A stretch of DNA of 63,137 nt, counting the filler, from Octopus bimaculoides (lineage: Eukaryota): the NCBI RefSeq assembly GCF_001194135.2. It is 6 parts of 6 records of this genome, joined end to end, with 100 filler letters (N's around TTAATTAATTAA, not from the genome) between each part and the next. Parts side by side here need not be neighbours in the genome. Positions count along the whole stretch, not along the records: positions 1 to 20,418 come from NC_068994.1; positions 20,519 to 32,545 come from NC_068982.1; 4 more parts are not named here. One strand, given 5' to 3'. Within the stretch, counting starts at the first letter, position 1; each line of letters begins with the position of its first letter. Under the pieces are notes generated by a model, which worked only from the letters and a program-made list of their open reading frames with translations, was not told the DNA's origin and did no database searches. A program made the translations under genes and the position numbers. Below are positions 11,821-23,716 of the stretch, piece by piece.

Positions 11821-13041
11821 AACACTAGCACTGACCACTTTCCAGCACCCACAACATCATCTACACACCCACATATTACAGACGCACACACTTACACACG
11901 CACACACTTACACACGCACACATCTACACGTCTGTTAATGCACCAACGAAACCAGTCAATCTTCGACATAAAAAAGTTATAAGCCATGACGAAGACACGA
12001 TATATTTGTAGCGGCATGTATACCACCCCCTCCACTCCCGACTTTGTTTTTTCATAACCTTCAGGAAAATAGATATTTTTGATGAAATTTTCTACAAATA
12101 CCTTCAGTTGGTGTAAACTATTATTATATCGCAATTTAATGCTAAAAAAAGACACCGTAGGCGCCTATACATACATAGCGACATACAGCACACACACATA
12201 CACACAACACGTGACCGACCAGGCTATCAGATGCTGTTACACATCGCTGGTCACAATGCGCTTTTGCATTGTTTTAGCCTTCAAATGACGCCAGCCAGCT
12301 AGGTGTGTGTGAGCGTGTATATATATATATATATATATAATTATATTTTTGTTTGGAATTCTACTGGTGATTTAATCACGTGGTTTCATTCCCTCAACGA
12401 CAAACATTAATTTCATTCAGTTTGATATATCCTGATTATTATGCATCAATATCTCCCATCCTATTGGGTAAAGCATTAACCTTTGCCCGAAACTATGCAA
12501 CCATTTTCTGCATCTGATATAGACCTAATCTTGGCAGCTAGGAAAACTCTCATCAACTTTAATGATAACAACTGGACTCGAAACACATCCTCACACATTT
12601 TTGATATAACAATGGGCTCATCTGACTCAGCCCAAATAAGAGACCTTGTGGGGTTATTTCTCCTCTCACAAATAAAGCGATATTTTCCGAACATCTCCGG
12701 TGGTCTCTATAGAGACGATGCACTTTTCGCAACTAAAAATTTATCCCGTCCGGAGATTGAACGCACTAAGAAATCTTTGATAAAATTCTTTAAAAATCAT
12801 AATTTAAATATTGTATTTGAAATGGATATGGAAGCCAACTTCTTTGATGTCACACTTAACCTTAACAGTAATCTTCACTATCCATATAGGAAACCCAACC
12901 AAACCCTTCAATACTTAAATATTCTCTCTAATCATCCTAGATCAACCCTCAATAGCATGGTTACATGCCATTTCTATTAGAATTTCAAACATATCTGCCA
13001 ATGAGTAGATATTCAACACTCATGCTCCATATTATAACCAA

Positions 13042-13730
13042 AAGTGGCGACTTGTACATAAAATCAGTGGGAGTGCTGCTTTAAAATTTTTTAGCCGTTG
13101 TTTTAATATTGTGTAAAAGGAAACAAACATATAAAAAGAATATTTATACATAAACTTGATCGGTTCGCGTTTTAGCCACTGCTGGGTGGTGTGTTTAATT
13201 TGTTTACTGAATACCGCCGCGAATTCCCCCTTGTTTTTCAAAATTCCCCCCTAAATCACAAAAGAAGGGGGGGAAATCTACCCCATTTTTCAAATTCTAG
13301 CAACAACACTGAAGCTGGAAGGAGGATAGTAATCTAATTCTACACTTTATCACATTCAAGAATATAAACACGTTTTTAAGCACAACACACGCAGAGTCAA
13401 AAAGAAACACTACCTTTCACCGGCACTGCGTGAACGATAGTGCTGTCTCTCCCTAGTGTGAAGCTTCCTATCTCGGGCATGTAAGCATGCGCACAACAGC
13501 CAAACACCGCGTCGCTGGAACTGTGAAGCGCACAGTTCTATACAAGGATCTTTATATTTTTGATAAACTAGGGGATGTTTACTGACATTAAGCTTAAGGA
13601 TTATATAATGTACAAGTATAAAGAAAGAATTAAAGAAAGAAAAGGACTCATTATATAGAATGTGATCGATGATATCGTGTGGAAATGGGGGTGCTGCAGT
13701 TTCGCAGTATCTATACACGAGCCGCCACTG
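13042..13730. mobile_element. Non-autonomous hAT element (~690 bp) with 8-bp TSD
   Basis: Imperfect TIRs (a)agtggcgacttgtacata / tatacacgagccgccactg. TSD ataaccaa (13034-13041) / ataatcaa (13731-13738). Removing the insert restores the PLE frame HAPYYNQ|ALKLRGFK. Confidence 0.85.
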
Positions 13731-14911
13731 ATAATCAAGCTCTAAAATTAAGAGGCTTCAAAGTATCCATATTCCTGATACAATACTCAAAATTGAAATT
13801 CCAATCTCTTCACGAGAACTAACTCACAATCTAATACTATGGTCACCTCTTTAAATAAACCAATTAAATATATAAAAAATACATTTACGGATAACGCCCG
13901 AATAAATAATGTGTCATTTAGGAATTACCATACGTATAAATCGTATAACTCCAACCAATTTAATGAAACCAAATATTCAAAATCTAGGATACGTGTAATT
14001 ATATGGTTCGCCCCGCCCTTCTCTCTTTAGGTTAGATCATTACCGAAACCATTCTGTAAAATTTTGAAAGAAAACTTTCCAAAACATCATAAATATTCTC
14101 TTATCTTCAACAAGTTGTCTGTAAAACTTTCGTATTCCACTACACCAAATTTAGGATCGATTATAGCCTCCATTAATAGATCCAAATTTAGACTTAAGAC
14201 GTCTACCCTTCTAAAGCTTTGTATTGTACCCATAACTCAAACACCGATACTACTTCTAATAAAAAAGAAACACCAGGGTACCTTCTACCAGTTGAGGGTG
14301 CTCTGATCTCAGTTAAACGGAAGATTAATGCTGATACAAGAAGAAAAACATGTAATGGTCGCATCCAGGACTCATGCCCACTTGCTAGATCCTGTCTGCG
14401 CAGAAATGTAGTATATAAGTGCTGTGTAGAGATTCCTGCCACACAGAGGGTAGGAAGTACTACTGATTTTAAGCGTCGGTATAGGGTTCATTTGAATTCT
14501 TTTACTAACTTAAAATATAAATTCACAACAACGCTAGCCACATATATACACGAACTTAAGCTAAAGAATATACAGTATTCATTATCTTGGTCTATAATAG
14601 CAGAAGCTCTTCCGAATAATATTTATTCTTGTAACCATAGACACCATTCAGCATTTAATCATTTTTATCAATCTGGATAAGTTGATCATTAAACTCTATA
14701 ATTAGTTACATTCCACTAAATATTTATAGTCGCATCCCCCTAACCTTCCTCTTAGTGAATAATCCCTTGCTTATAATCTACCATATTTTCTAAATTTACT
14801 TCCCACAATTCTTGCTATAATATTTCCTTTTCTTGCTAACACGTGTAGCTCTTTATAAAACCAAACACTCATTTACTAATTATGACGATATATGAGATGT
14901 GAATCCTTAAC

Positions 14912-15012
14912 TAATACATTCCCCCTGATGAAGGATGCAGTGTCTAAAATTTCAATAGGAACATCCTTTATTTGTATGGATTACTGTACTCTTGAAACGG
15001 CCGTTGGAGTAT
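14912..15012 (+). ncRNA. Hammerhead ribozyme-like motif in PLE 3' terminal repeat
   Basis: CUGAUGA (14925-14931), stem II aggatgcagt/actgtactctt, GAAA (14994-14997), palindromic AACGGCCGUU stem III and GUU triplet. Confidence 0.5.
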
Positions 15013-16098
15013 CACCACTTAATTCTTGAAATTGGAGTACCTCCATCTAATCATTGGTAACTTTACCTTCCATATGGATGCTTAAACATTTCTTTATTCA
15101 CCTTTTCGCGAGGATGTACACTTTTATATTTTAATATATATTTTTAATATCTTTTTAACAACGCTCTTAATCTGTAAATAGAACGATGCCTTCAATATAT
15201 ACCTTTTAAGATACTAATATATTTTTATACATCAACAGAGTTTCCTACCCATAGATGTCTATCACATTTTTACATATATATGTATTTGTAAATTCTAAAT
15301 ATTTTTCAATATTTAAATGAGTGATACATTAAATATATTTTAATAATTTGCATACACCGGNNNNNNNNNNNNNNNNNNNNNNNNNNNNNNNNNNNNNNNN
15401 NNNNNNNNNNNNNNNNNNNNNNNNNNNNNNNNNNNNNNNNNNNNNNNNNNNNNNNNNNNNNNNNNNNNNNNNNNNNNNNNNNNNNNNNNNNNNNNNNNNN
15501 NNNNNNNNNNNNNNNNNNNNNNNNNNNNNNNNNNNNNNNNNNNNNNNNNNNNNNNNNNNNNNNNNNNNNNNNNNNNNNNNNNNNNNNNNNNNNNNNNNNN
15601 NNNNNNNNNNNNNNNNNNNNNNNNNNNNNNNNNNNNNNNNNNNNNNNNNNNNNNNNNNNNNNNNNNNNNNNNNNNNNNNNNNNNNNNNNNNNNNNNNNNN
15701 NNNNNNNNNNNNNNNNNNNNNNNNNNNNNNNNNNNNNNNNNNNNNNNNNNNNNNNNNNNNNNNNNNNNNNNNNNNNNNNNNNNNNNNNNNNNNNNNNNNN
15801 NNNNNNNNNNNNNNNNNNNNNNNNNNNNNNNNNNNNNNNNNNNNNNNNNNNNNNNNNNNNNNNNNNNNNNNNNNNNNNNNNNNNNNNNNNNNNNNNNNNN
15901 NNNNNNNNNNNNNNNNNNNNNNNNNNNNNNNNNNNNNNNNNNNNNNNNNNNNNNNNNNNNNNNNNNNNNNNNNNNNNNNNNNNNNNNNNNNNNNNNNNNN
16001 NNNNNNNNNNNNNNNNNNNNNNNNNNNNNNNNNNNNNNNNNNNNNNNNNNNNNNNNNNNNNNNNNNNNNNNNNNNNNNNNNNNNNNNNNNNNNNNNNN

Positions 16099-16129
<31 letters not shown>

Positions 16130-17032
16130 CGTGTGTGTGTTTGAGTGTCTGTCTCCCACCACCACCACCATTTCTTGACAACCGAGGTTAGTGTGTTTAC
16201 GTCCACGTAACTTAGCGGTTCGGCAGAAGAGACCGATAGAATAAGCACCAGACTTATAAAAAAAAGTCCAGGGTTCGATTTCTTCGACTGAAAGGTGGTG
16301 CTCCAGCATGGCCAGTCAAATGACTGAAACAAGTAAAAGAATAAAAGGCCCCGATATCAAATTCGCTGCATGTCTTTCACTGCGTTTAAGGGCAAGCATT
16401 CGGTGATATAACTTAGAGAATCAACCATTATAGTTTTTAACTTGTCAGCTGATTGTGGTGATCACCGTAGGATGATTGTCTTCAAGCAGGCATTTGATAT
16501 AAACGTTTACACCAGCTGGACAAGTGATCACCATAAGAATGTTAAATTTTGTTGTCGTTGCTATTACTGTTGTTGCTGTTGTTGTTGGTGGTGGTGGAAG
16601 GGGTGAGGGTAACGGTGGTAGTGATGGTAGTAAAGATTTTCCTAGAAAATATAAATATCTAGCCGGTTAAGCAGACATTGGGTGGAAACGTTAACTAAAT
16701 GTATATGCATGAGTTATTCTGACCATATATGTACGCATGAAATGTTAACAATGTGTGTGTGTGTGTGTGTGTGCACGCGTATTTGGTTACTTTAATATTT
16801 GTTCCCATTTCCTATAAGCAAAAAGAAAAAGCAAAACAGCTGAGATATTTTAGAACCTGAATTTCCAGAAACGATTTCATTCATACGCTGACAGTGTGAG
16901 AACCAGTTACAAGTCGTTTCATATTTATGAAGCTCAAATTTTCCAGACTGGTGTTCAGGTATTCTGTCAAGTGTCTCAGTGTAGTGTGAACCCCATAACC
17001 TAGATACAGCATTTGTAAGCTTCTCACAAGGA

Positions 17033-17079
<47 letters not shown>

Positions 17080-18049
17080 ATCCTTTATATTGAACACTCA
17101 ATATTTCATCTACATTCAATACTTTCTTTCATGGTGCCATCCATTTTTATTTTATTTTATTTTATATTATATATTGTATATTATATTATATATTGTATAT
17201 TCCATATTCTNNNNNNNNNNNNNNNNNNNNNNNNNNNNNNNNNNNNNNNNNNNNNNNNNNNNNNNNNNNNNNNNNNNNNNNNNNNNNNNNNNNNNNNNNN
17301 NNNNNNNNNNNNNNNNNNNNNNNNNNNNNNNNNNNNNNNNNNNNNNNNNNNNNNNNNNNNNNNNNNNNNNNNNNNNNNNNNNNNNNNNNNNNNNNNNNNN
17401 NNNNNNNNNNNNNNNNNNNNNNNNNNNNNNNNNNNNNNNNNNNNNNNNNNNNNNNNNNNNNNNNNNNNNNNNNNNNNNNNNNNNNNNNNNNNNNNNNNNN
17501 NNNNNNNNNNNNNNNNNNNNNNNNNNNNNNNNNNNNNNNNNNNNNNNNNNNNNNNNNNNNNNNNNNNNNNNNNNNNNNNNNNNNNNNNNNNNNNNNNNNN
17601 NNNNNNNNNNNNNNNNNNNNNNNNNNNNNNNNNNNNNNNNNNNNNNNNNNNNNNNNNNNNNNNNNNNNNNNNNNNNNNNNNNNNNNNNNNNNNNNNNNNN
17701 NNNNNNNNNNNNNNNNNNNNNNNNNNNNNNNNNNNNNNNNNNNNNNNNNNNNNNNNNNNNNNNNNNNNNNNNNNNNNNNNNNNNNNNNNNNNNNNNNNNN
17801 NNNNNNNNNNNNNNNNNNNNNNNNNNNNNNNNNNNNNNNNNNNNNNNNNNNNNNNNNNNNNNNNNNNNNNNNNNNNNNNNNNNNNNNNNNNNNNNNNNNN
17901 NNNNNNNNNNNNNNNNNNNNNNNNNNNNNNNNNNNNNNNNNNNNNNNNNNNNNNNNNNNNNNNNNNNNNNNNNNNNNNNNNNNNNNNNNNNNNNNNNNNN
18001 NNNNNNNNNNNNNNNNNNNNNNNNNNNNNNNNNNNNNNNNNNNNAGATA

Positions 18050-18640
18050 TATCAGGTCATCCCATAACCTCTGTCCGAATTTTGAATAAAGAAAACAAGT
18101 GATCAAATGTTATATTTAATTGAAATTTAGTCATCAATGTACTTTCCCTGTACTGTGTCCTTTATCATCTATTTACAAGCTTTTTAATCCCATCAATGTA
18201 AAACTCTTTTCGTTTCAAAACGAAGAACTCTGAAATGTCAGTTTCGACCTCCTCCTGACTTGCGAAAGTTATGTCCCCAAATGATTCTGTAAACTACGAA
18301 ACAAATGGTAGTCTGAAGGAGCAAGGTCGGGAGAATAAGGTGGATGAGGATTTTTTCCCAACCAAGCTCTTCGATCTTCTGTGATGTGATCTTTGCTGTG
18401 TGGGTTCGCGCATTGTCCTGATGAAACATCACTTCTCGATTTACTAAAGTGGGTCTTTTTTTCTTCAAAGCTTGGTTCAAACGCTCAAATTGCTGGCAGT
18501 AGACTTGAGCATTGATTGTTACATTAGGTGGTAACAATTCAAAGTGAATTACTCCTTTGCAATCCCACCAGATAGAGAGAAACTTTTTTCCATGAAGTTC
18601 CCTTCTCAGCTGTGGTCCGATTTACGCTAGACTTTTTTAT
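18050..18640 (-). mobile_element. mariner transposon 3' fragment
   Basis: TINAQVYCQQ...FHQDNARTHTA...LGWE, followed by a frameshifted HPPYSPDLAP-like region. TIR-like caggtcatcccataac at ~18052. Confidence 0.85.
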
Positions 18641-18725
18641 TCTGTTTGTATTCACATTTCAGGGGTACATTAGTTTCAAAGTATTTTCCCATTATGCACT
18701 GGTTTGCTGTTGTTGTTGTTGTTTG

Positions 18726-19056
18726 TTGTTTGTTGGTACTCCGGCGGTTACGACGACGAGGGTTCCAGTTGATCCGATCAACGGAACAGCCTGCTCGTGA
18801 AACTAACGTGCAAGTGGCTGAGCACTCTACAGACTCGTGTACCCTTAACGTAGTACTCGGGGATATTCAGCGTGACACAGTGTGACAAGGCTGACCCTTT
18901 GAAATACAGGTACAACAGAAACAGGAAGAAAGAGTGAGAGAAAGTTGTGGTGAAAGAGTACAGTAGGGTTCGCCACCATCCCCTGCCGGAGCCTCGTGGA
19001 ACTTTAGGTGTTTTCTCTCAATAAACACTCACAACGCTCGGTCTGGGAATCGAAAC
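18726..19056 (-). mobile_element. Long tRNA-derived SINE (third family), head lost in gap
   Basis: B-box-like gtttcgattccc on the minus strand at the gap edge, followed by a non-coding body ending in a (caa)n tail. Confidence 0.55.
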
Positions 19057-19487
19057 NNNNNNNNNNNNNNNNNNNNNNNNNNNNNNNNNNNNNNNNNNNN
19101 NNNNNNNNNNNNNNNNNNNNNNNNNNNNNNNNNNNNNNNNNNNNNNNNNNNNNNNNNNNNNNNNNNNNNNNNNNNNNNNNNNNNNNNNNNNNNNNNNNNN
19201 NNNNNNNNNNNNNNNNNNNNNNNNNNNNNNNNNNNNNNNNNNNNNNNNNNNNNNNNNNNNNNNNNNNNNNNNNNNNNNNNNNNNNNNNNNNNNNNNNNNN
19301 NNNNNNNNNNNNNNNNNNNNNNNNNNNNNNNNNNNNNNNNNNNNNNNNNNNNNNNNNNNNNNNNNNNNNNNNNNNNNNNNNNNNNNNNNNNNNNNNNNNN
19401 NNNNNNNNNNNNNNNNNNNNNNNNNNCAGATGAGTGGTACAGCAAGGCAGGTAATAATTAATACATTTGTATTGAAATATTTTTCAT

Positions 19488-19546
<59 letters not shown>

Positions 19547-19635
19547 TATATATATATAAACACATGTATATATACACACACACATATATATATATACACA
19601 CACATATATATAAACACACACATACACACACGCAC

Positions 19636-19800
19636 GCATTCGACAGACTTCGACATAGTTTTTCTCTCCCAAATTCACTCACAAGGCAATCGTCGGTCCA
19701 CGGCTATAGTGGAAAACACTTGCTCAAGGTGCGGCCCAGTGGGACTGAACTCGAAACTTTGTAGTTGCAAAGTGAAATTCTTAACAACATAATCATGCCT
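19636..19800 (-). mobile_element. SINE family B
   Basis: caaattcactcacaaggc...gaaaacacttgctcaaggtgc...gtgggactgaactc. Confidence 0.75.
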
Positions 19801-20167
19801 ACGCATCGTCGATTCTATTTTGGCAATTCATTTCTCTCCATTTTGTTTTTTCATTTCACTTCTTACGTTTCGTTTTATTTACTCTTTTACAATCTGTTTG
19901 TTAGATGTTTTCGAGACTGAATAAATAGAGTTTCAAATGTCAAATATATTTCAAAATTAAATCACGTACAGAATGGAAAGAGCTCATCACGAACAACGAA
20001 ACAGTTCTAATATAAACGAAGTAATTGTTATAGCTGTTATAAAGAATAGAAAAAAATCAGAGAGAATGTAATTGCTGGATATGCAGCAACTTTAAAACAT
20101 TTATCATACATAAGAAAAAAAACATATTATTTTCGATAGAAAATGGGACAAAAGTACTTGTGCGTGT

Positions 20168-20209
<42 letters not shown>

Positions 20210-20214
<5 letters not shown>

Positions 20215-20418
20215 ATAAATAATGCAGTTTTTTCAATTGCATGAACTAAAAAGTCGGAGGGGAACGGGATAAACTACCTGCATCAACTTGCTGAAATTTT
20301 ACCATATACTTATTCTTAGTGCAAGATTTGAAGAGTTCGGTTCGATTTTAACAGTTATTTTTTTAAAAGCCATAATGGAAGTGACAAAGGAGCATATTCG
20401 GCATATTTTGCTTTATGA
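20210..20418 (+). mobile_element. mariner 5' end (TIR, 5' UTR, start of transposase)
   Basis: ATG at 20375 begins MEVTKEHIRHILLY, a mariner N-terminal HTH signature, and then runs into the spacer gap. Confidence 0.7.
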
Positions 20419-20462
20419 NNNNNNNNNNNNNNNNNNNNNNNNNNNNNNNNNNNNNNNNNNNN

Positions 20463-20474
20463 TTAATTAATTAA
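20463..20474. other. Artificial scaffold spacer TTAATTAATTAA within N44 flanks (also 32590-32601, 44910-44921, 50560-50571, 61903-61914)
   Basis: Identical six-frame-stop palindrome centred in a 100-bp N block, five times. Confidence 0.95.
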
Positions 20475-21099
20475 NNNNNNNNNNNNNNNNNNNNNNNNNN
20501 NNNNNNNNNNNNNNNNNNACATGGCACTTTGGGCAAATGTTTCAATACAGATAATCCTTGGGCTGATAAATACCCCAAGAGAATTTAAACTCGTGAAAAC
20601 TGACAGAAGACCCTTGTGTGTGTGTGTGTGTGTGTGTGTGGCAGGGTATAGGATGTTTACTAAACACTCTTGAGTCATGTGGCCATTTGTGGTTGGGCTG
20701 CAACCAGTGAGGTTTGTTGGCATCTGTCAAACTAATCTGATAGCACTGCAGTTTCCAATTCCTCTGAAATATATTTTCTTTTACTTGTTTCTGTCATGTG
20801 AGTCTGGCCTTGCTGGAGCATTGCATTTAGTTGAGCAAATCAACCCCTGGACTTATTGTCATTCACTTTTGCTGAACTGCTAAGTTATGCGGATATAAAT
20901 ACTCCAGCATCAGTTGCCAAGCGATGTTGGGGACTGACTCACTCACTCACTCACTCAGGGCTTCTTTCAGTTTCTGTCTATCGTTACAGAGAGGGGACAA
21001 ACAAAAGGGGGAAGTAGCTTAAACGTTTTTTAAAAAATTTTACAAATTACGAATAAACTAAAAATATAACTAAAAAATATACATAAGAAATTATTGCGT

Positions 21100-23716
21100 T
21101 TCGCAATGAGGCAGCTAGAAGGAAGGCACCTGACCATCCTGGTAGAACCTTTGCTTCCCAAATTAGCTCCCTTACTTGGTGCCAATTGCACTCAGTTTGT
21201 GCTCCACAGACTTCCATCTTTTTGCAAACATATCCTGTGACAGGCATTTCCTCCCCAGCCTGATCTTACTACTGAGGTGGTAACTAAAGTTAACCAACCC
21301 CTGGCTGAGGTACCTGTCACTATACTTTTAACACACTTCTTTCAGTTTGGCTACTAACGCAGAAAAAACACTCCTTCCTTTCCCTGTTAAGGAAAGGTGG
21401 TGGTACAGGCTTGATGATAGATTCAGCTGATAGCTGTACTCTTCCTATCACTGACGACAGTTGTTCTGCAAAAGCTATCAGTCCCGACAACGCTGAACAC
21501 TTCACGAATGCGTGCAAGACAGTTTCCCTATCTTGCCCACATCTCGGGCATGCCGGTGAGACTGCACTTCTGTGCCTTGACAGCTTGTCATGAACAGGTC
21601 ACACCGCTTGGAAACATTGCCAAGCCAGGGATTTCTGGTAATTATCCAGATACCTCGGCCCGAATGTTCTCCTGAACAGGCTGACCAACTGACTTTCATC
21701 GTAGCCCAGGGTCTCCACCTAAGGCGTCTTCTGACATAGATTCCAATAACCCGCTATAAAAATCCACGGTGGAACTCCTGCTGCCAGCATTGCCCACCTG
21801 AGAAAGTAGCTGGAGTGCCGTCGGGCACTCCAAATGCCAGTTTCCCAGCTTAGGTCTCTGCTTGATCCATTTACCAATGTCCATTAAGGACACTAACTGG
21901 GCAAAGTAGAACCGAATATGCGGTGACCACACCTGTTCTCCATCCAGGTAAAGCCAGAGGTGTCTCAACCTTAACTCGAATTTTCGCATCCCTAGCCCAC
22001 CCTTTGGCGGTTTCTGGTAGCAGACAGAGCACTTTACAAGTGATTTTCCTCCTTTCCACAAAAAGCGGAGAAGGATTCTCTCCAACTTGTTCTGCCACAA
22101 ATCGGGGCAAGGCACCACGGTCAGGCAGTGGGTAATTACTGATGCTATAAACATCTGCACCACCTCTGCCCTTCCTAGCAAGGATAACACCCACCCAGAC
22201 CATGTCTGGGTTAGAGCAGTCACCTTGCTGGCTACCTCACTCCAATTTTTCTCTATCAGGAGGTCTGAACCTATCCAGACTCCGAGCAACTTAACAGGAC
22301 CTTGCGTCCAACGCTCCACGATGTTATTGGATGCCATCAGCTTGCCCCTCCAGGTGCCGAGTTGCAAACTGACCGACTTGTCCTTGTTAACCTTTGCTCC
22401 TGCCATCGCCTCGTAAGTTTTGATGGCCTTTTCCACCACTGGAATCTGGCCCTCATCCGCCATGATGATGGAGACGTCATCTGCGTATGCTGTAGCTCTT
22501 TCATACCATAGATCATGCGGAGTGCCCCCTAGTGCCTCCAACTTCCACAGCAATGTCTCCAGAGCCAACACATACAGAAGCGGGGATAGGGAACACCCCT
22601 GACGAACTGAATGTTTTCGAAAAGAACCCGTTCACCTTCATTACAAACTCATGTTTGGCTTTAAGGTGACGGTCCAATGCCGTTCTCGCTGCCAGAATGT
22701 GGGATGCAGAGCCCAACCTCAGTGCCTCTTCTAAGTTCGTAACTAGCTTCCCTTCTACTCTAGTCTTAGCTGTTTGCTAAACCTAATGGACTCGAAATGA
22801 ATGGCTCTTTTGAGGGCGAACCACCACCAGTTATTAACCACGGTACCGGTTAACGCCCTCAGTACTAACTCCTTAATCCAACTATGGTATGCCTCACAAG
22901 TCAAAATAGACTTGTTCAGCTTCCAGTAGCTGGGTCCTCTACTAGTTGTACTATCTATGTCCAACCTACACTTAACCATTCTATGGTCAGTGTAGGACAC
23001 TTGGACAAGTAAAACTAGGCTTATCTATAATTCTTATTACTATCCTATCTAGATAAGACTTGAACCTTCCGTTGCCACTCATCCAGGTCCACTCTGGCAC
23101 TTTCGGATGTTCAAGCCTATAACGATCTGCCAGCTGAAATCATTTAAGCAGATCGACGAGGCGTGAGTTCACTTTTCTATCAATCGAGCCGATGCTATCA
23201 ATGCAAGAGTCAACAATAGTGTTGAAGTCCCCTAACACCACTAATGTCTTCGACATCACAAGAAAGCCCTCTAGGTGCCAATAAAAGTCAGTTTGGAAAC
23301 CTCTAGCACATGGTGCATAGAGTCCGATCAGCCTGAAGGCCTTACTGCTGTATGTCACATCAAGGACAACCAGCCCACCTTCAGGGTCCACNNNNNNNNN
23401 NGAAGGCCTTACTGCTGTATGTCACATCAAGGACAACCAGCCCACCTTCAGGGTCCACACAGACTGTACTTGTCTGCAGAGCCAAGCCTTTGCGGATCAG
23501 TACCACTACACCCCCTCATCCTCCGGTCTGGCCAGGAGACATGATTTTCTCATAGCCATTCAGGAGAAGCAGGAAGGTTCGTAGACTGTCCAGCTTGGTC
23601 TCTGTAGCAACCATCACATGTATATCATGTAATCTGAGGTCGTCGGGGAAACATGCCTGCTTCCACTTGGAACTCAGACCACACACATTTAAACATCCAA
23701 TGTTAAGAGAGGCCAT
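21100..23716 (-). pseudogene. Tx1-type LINE ORF2 (APE endonuclease-RT-CCHC), disrupted
   Basis: ORF pieces 23516-23716, 23140-23391, 22755-23000, 22513-22716, 21696-22571 and 21320-21517 carry the motifs in canonical order. Confidence 0.85.

Larger units (their letters stand above)
12353..15130 (+). mobile_element. Penelope-like retroelement (RT + GIY-YIG), 5'-truncated and degraded, interrupted by a hAT MITE
   Basis: RT motifs FIQFDI, FDITMGSSDSAQIRDLVG, GLYRDD and PYRKPN...YLNILSNHP. Then IIWFAPPFS...SYSTTPNLGSII, and a GIY-YIG-type domain CPLARSCL..VVYKC..VGST.DFKRRYRVHLNSF. A hammerhead-like motif lies in the 3' repeat. Confidence 0.9.

Noticed and set aside
11892-12288. ORFs 11892-12155 and 12079-12288 as genes
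   Set aside because: No recognisable motif or splice structure, and they run into repeat sequence.
20326-20342. 15-mer ttgaagagttcggtt shared between the mariner 5' UTR and the 6167 fold-back
   Set aside because: Similarity does not extend on either side, so it is treated as coincidence.
23335-23458. 57-bp direct duplication in LINE ORF2
   Set aside because: The copies flank a 10-N gap, so this is an unmerged contig overlap.
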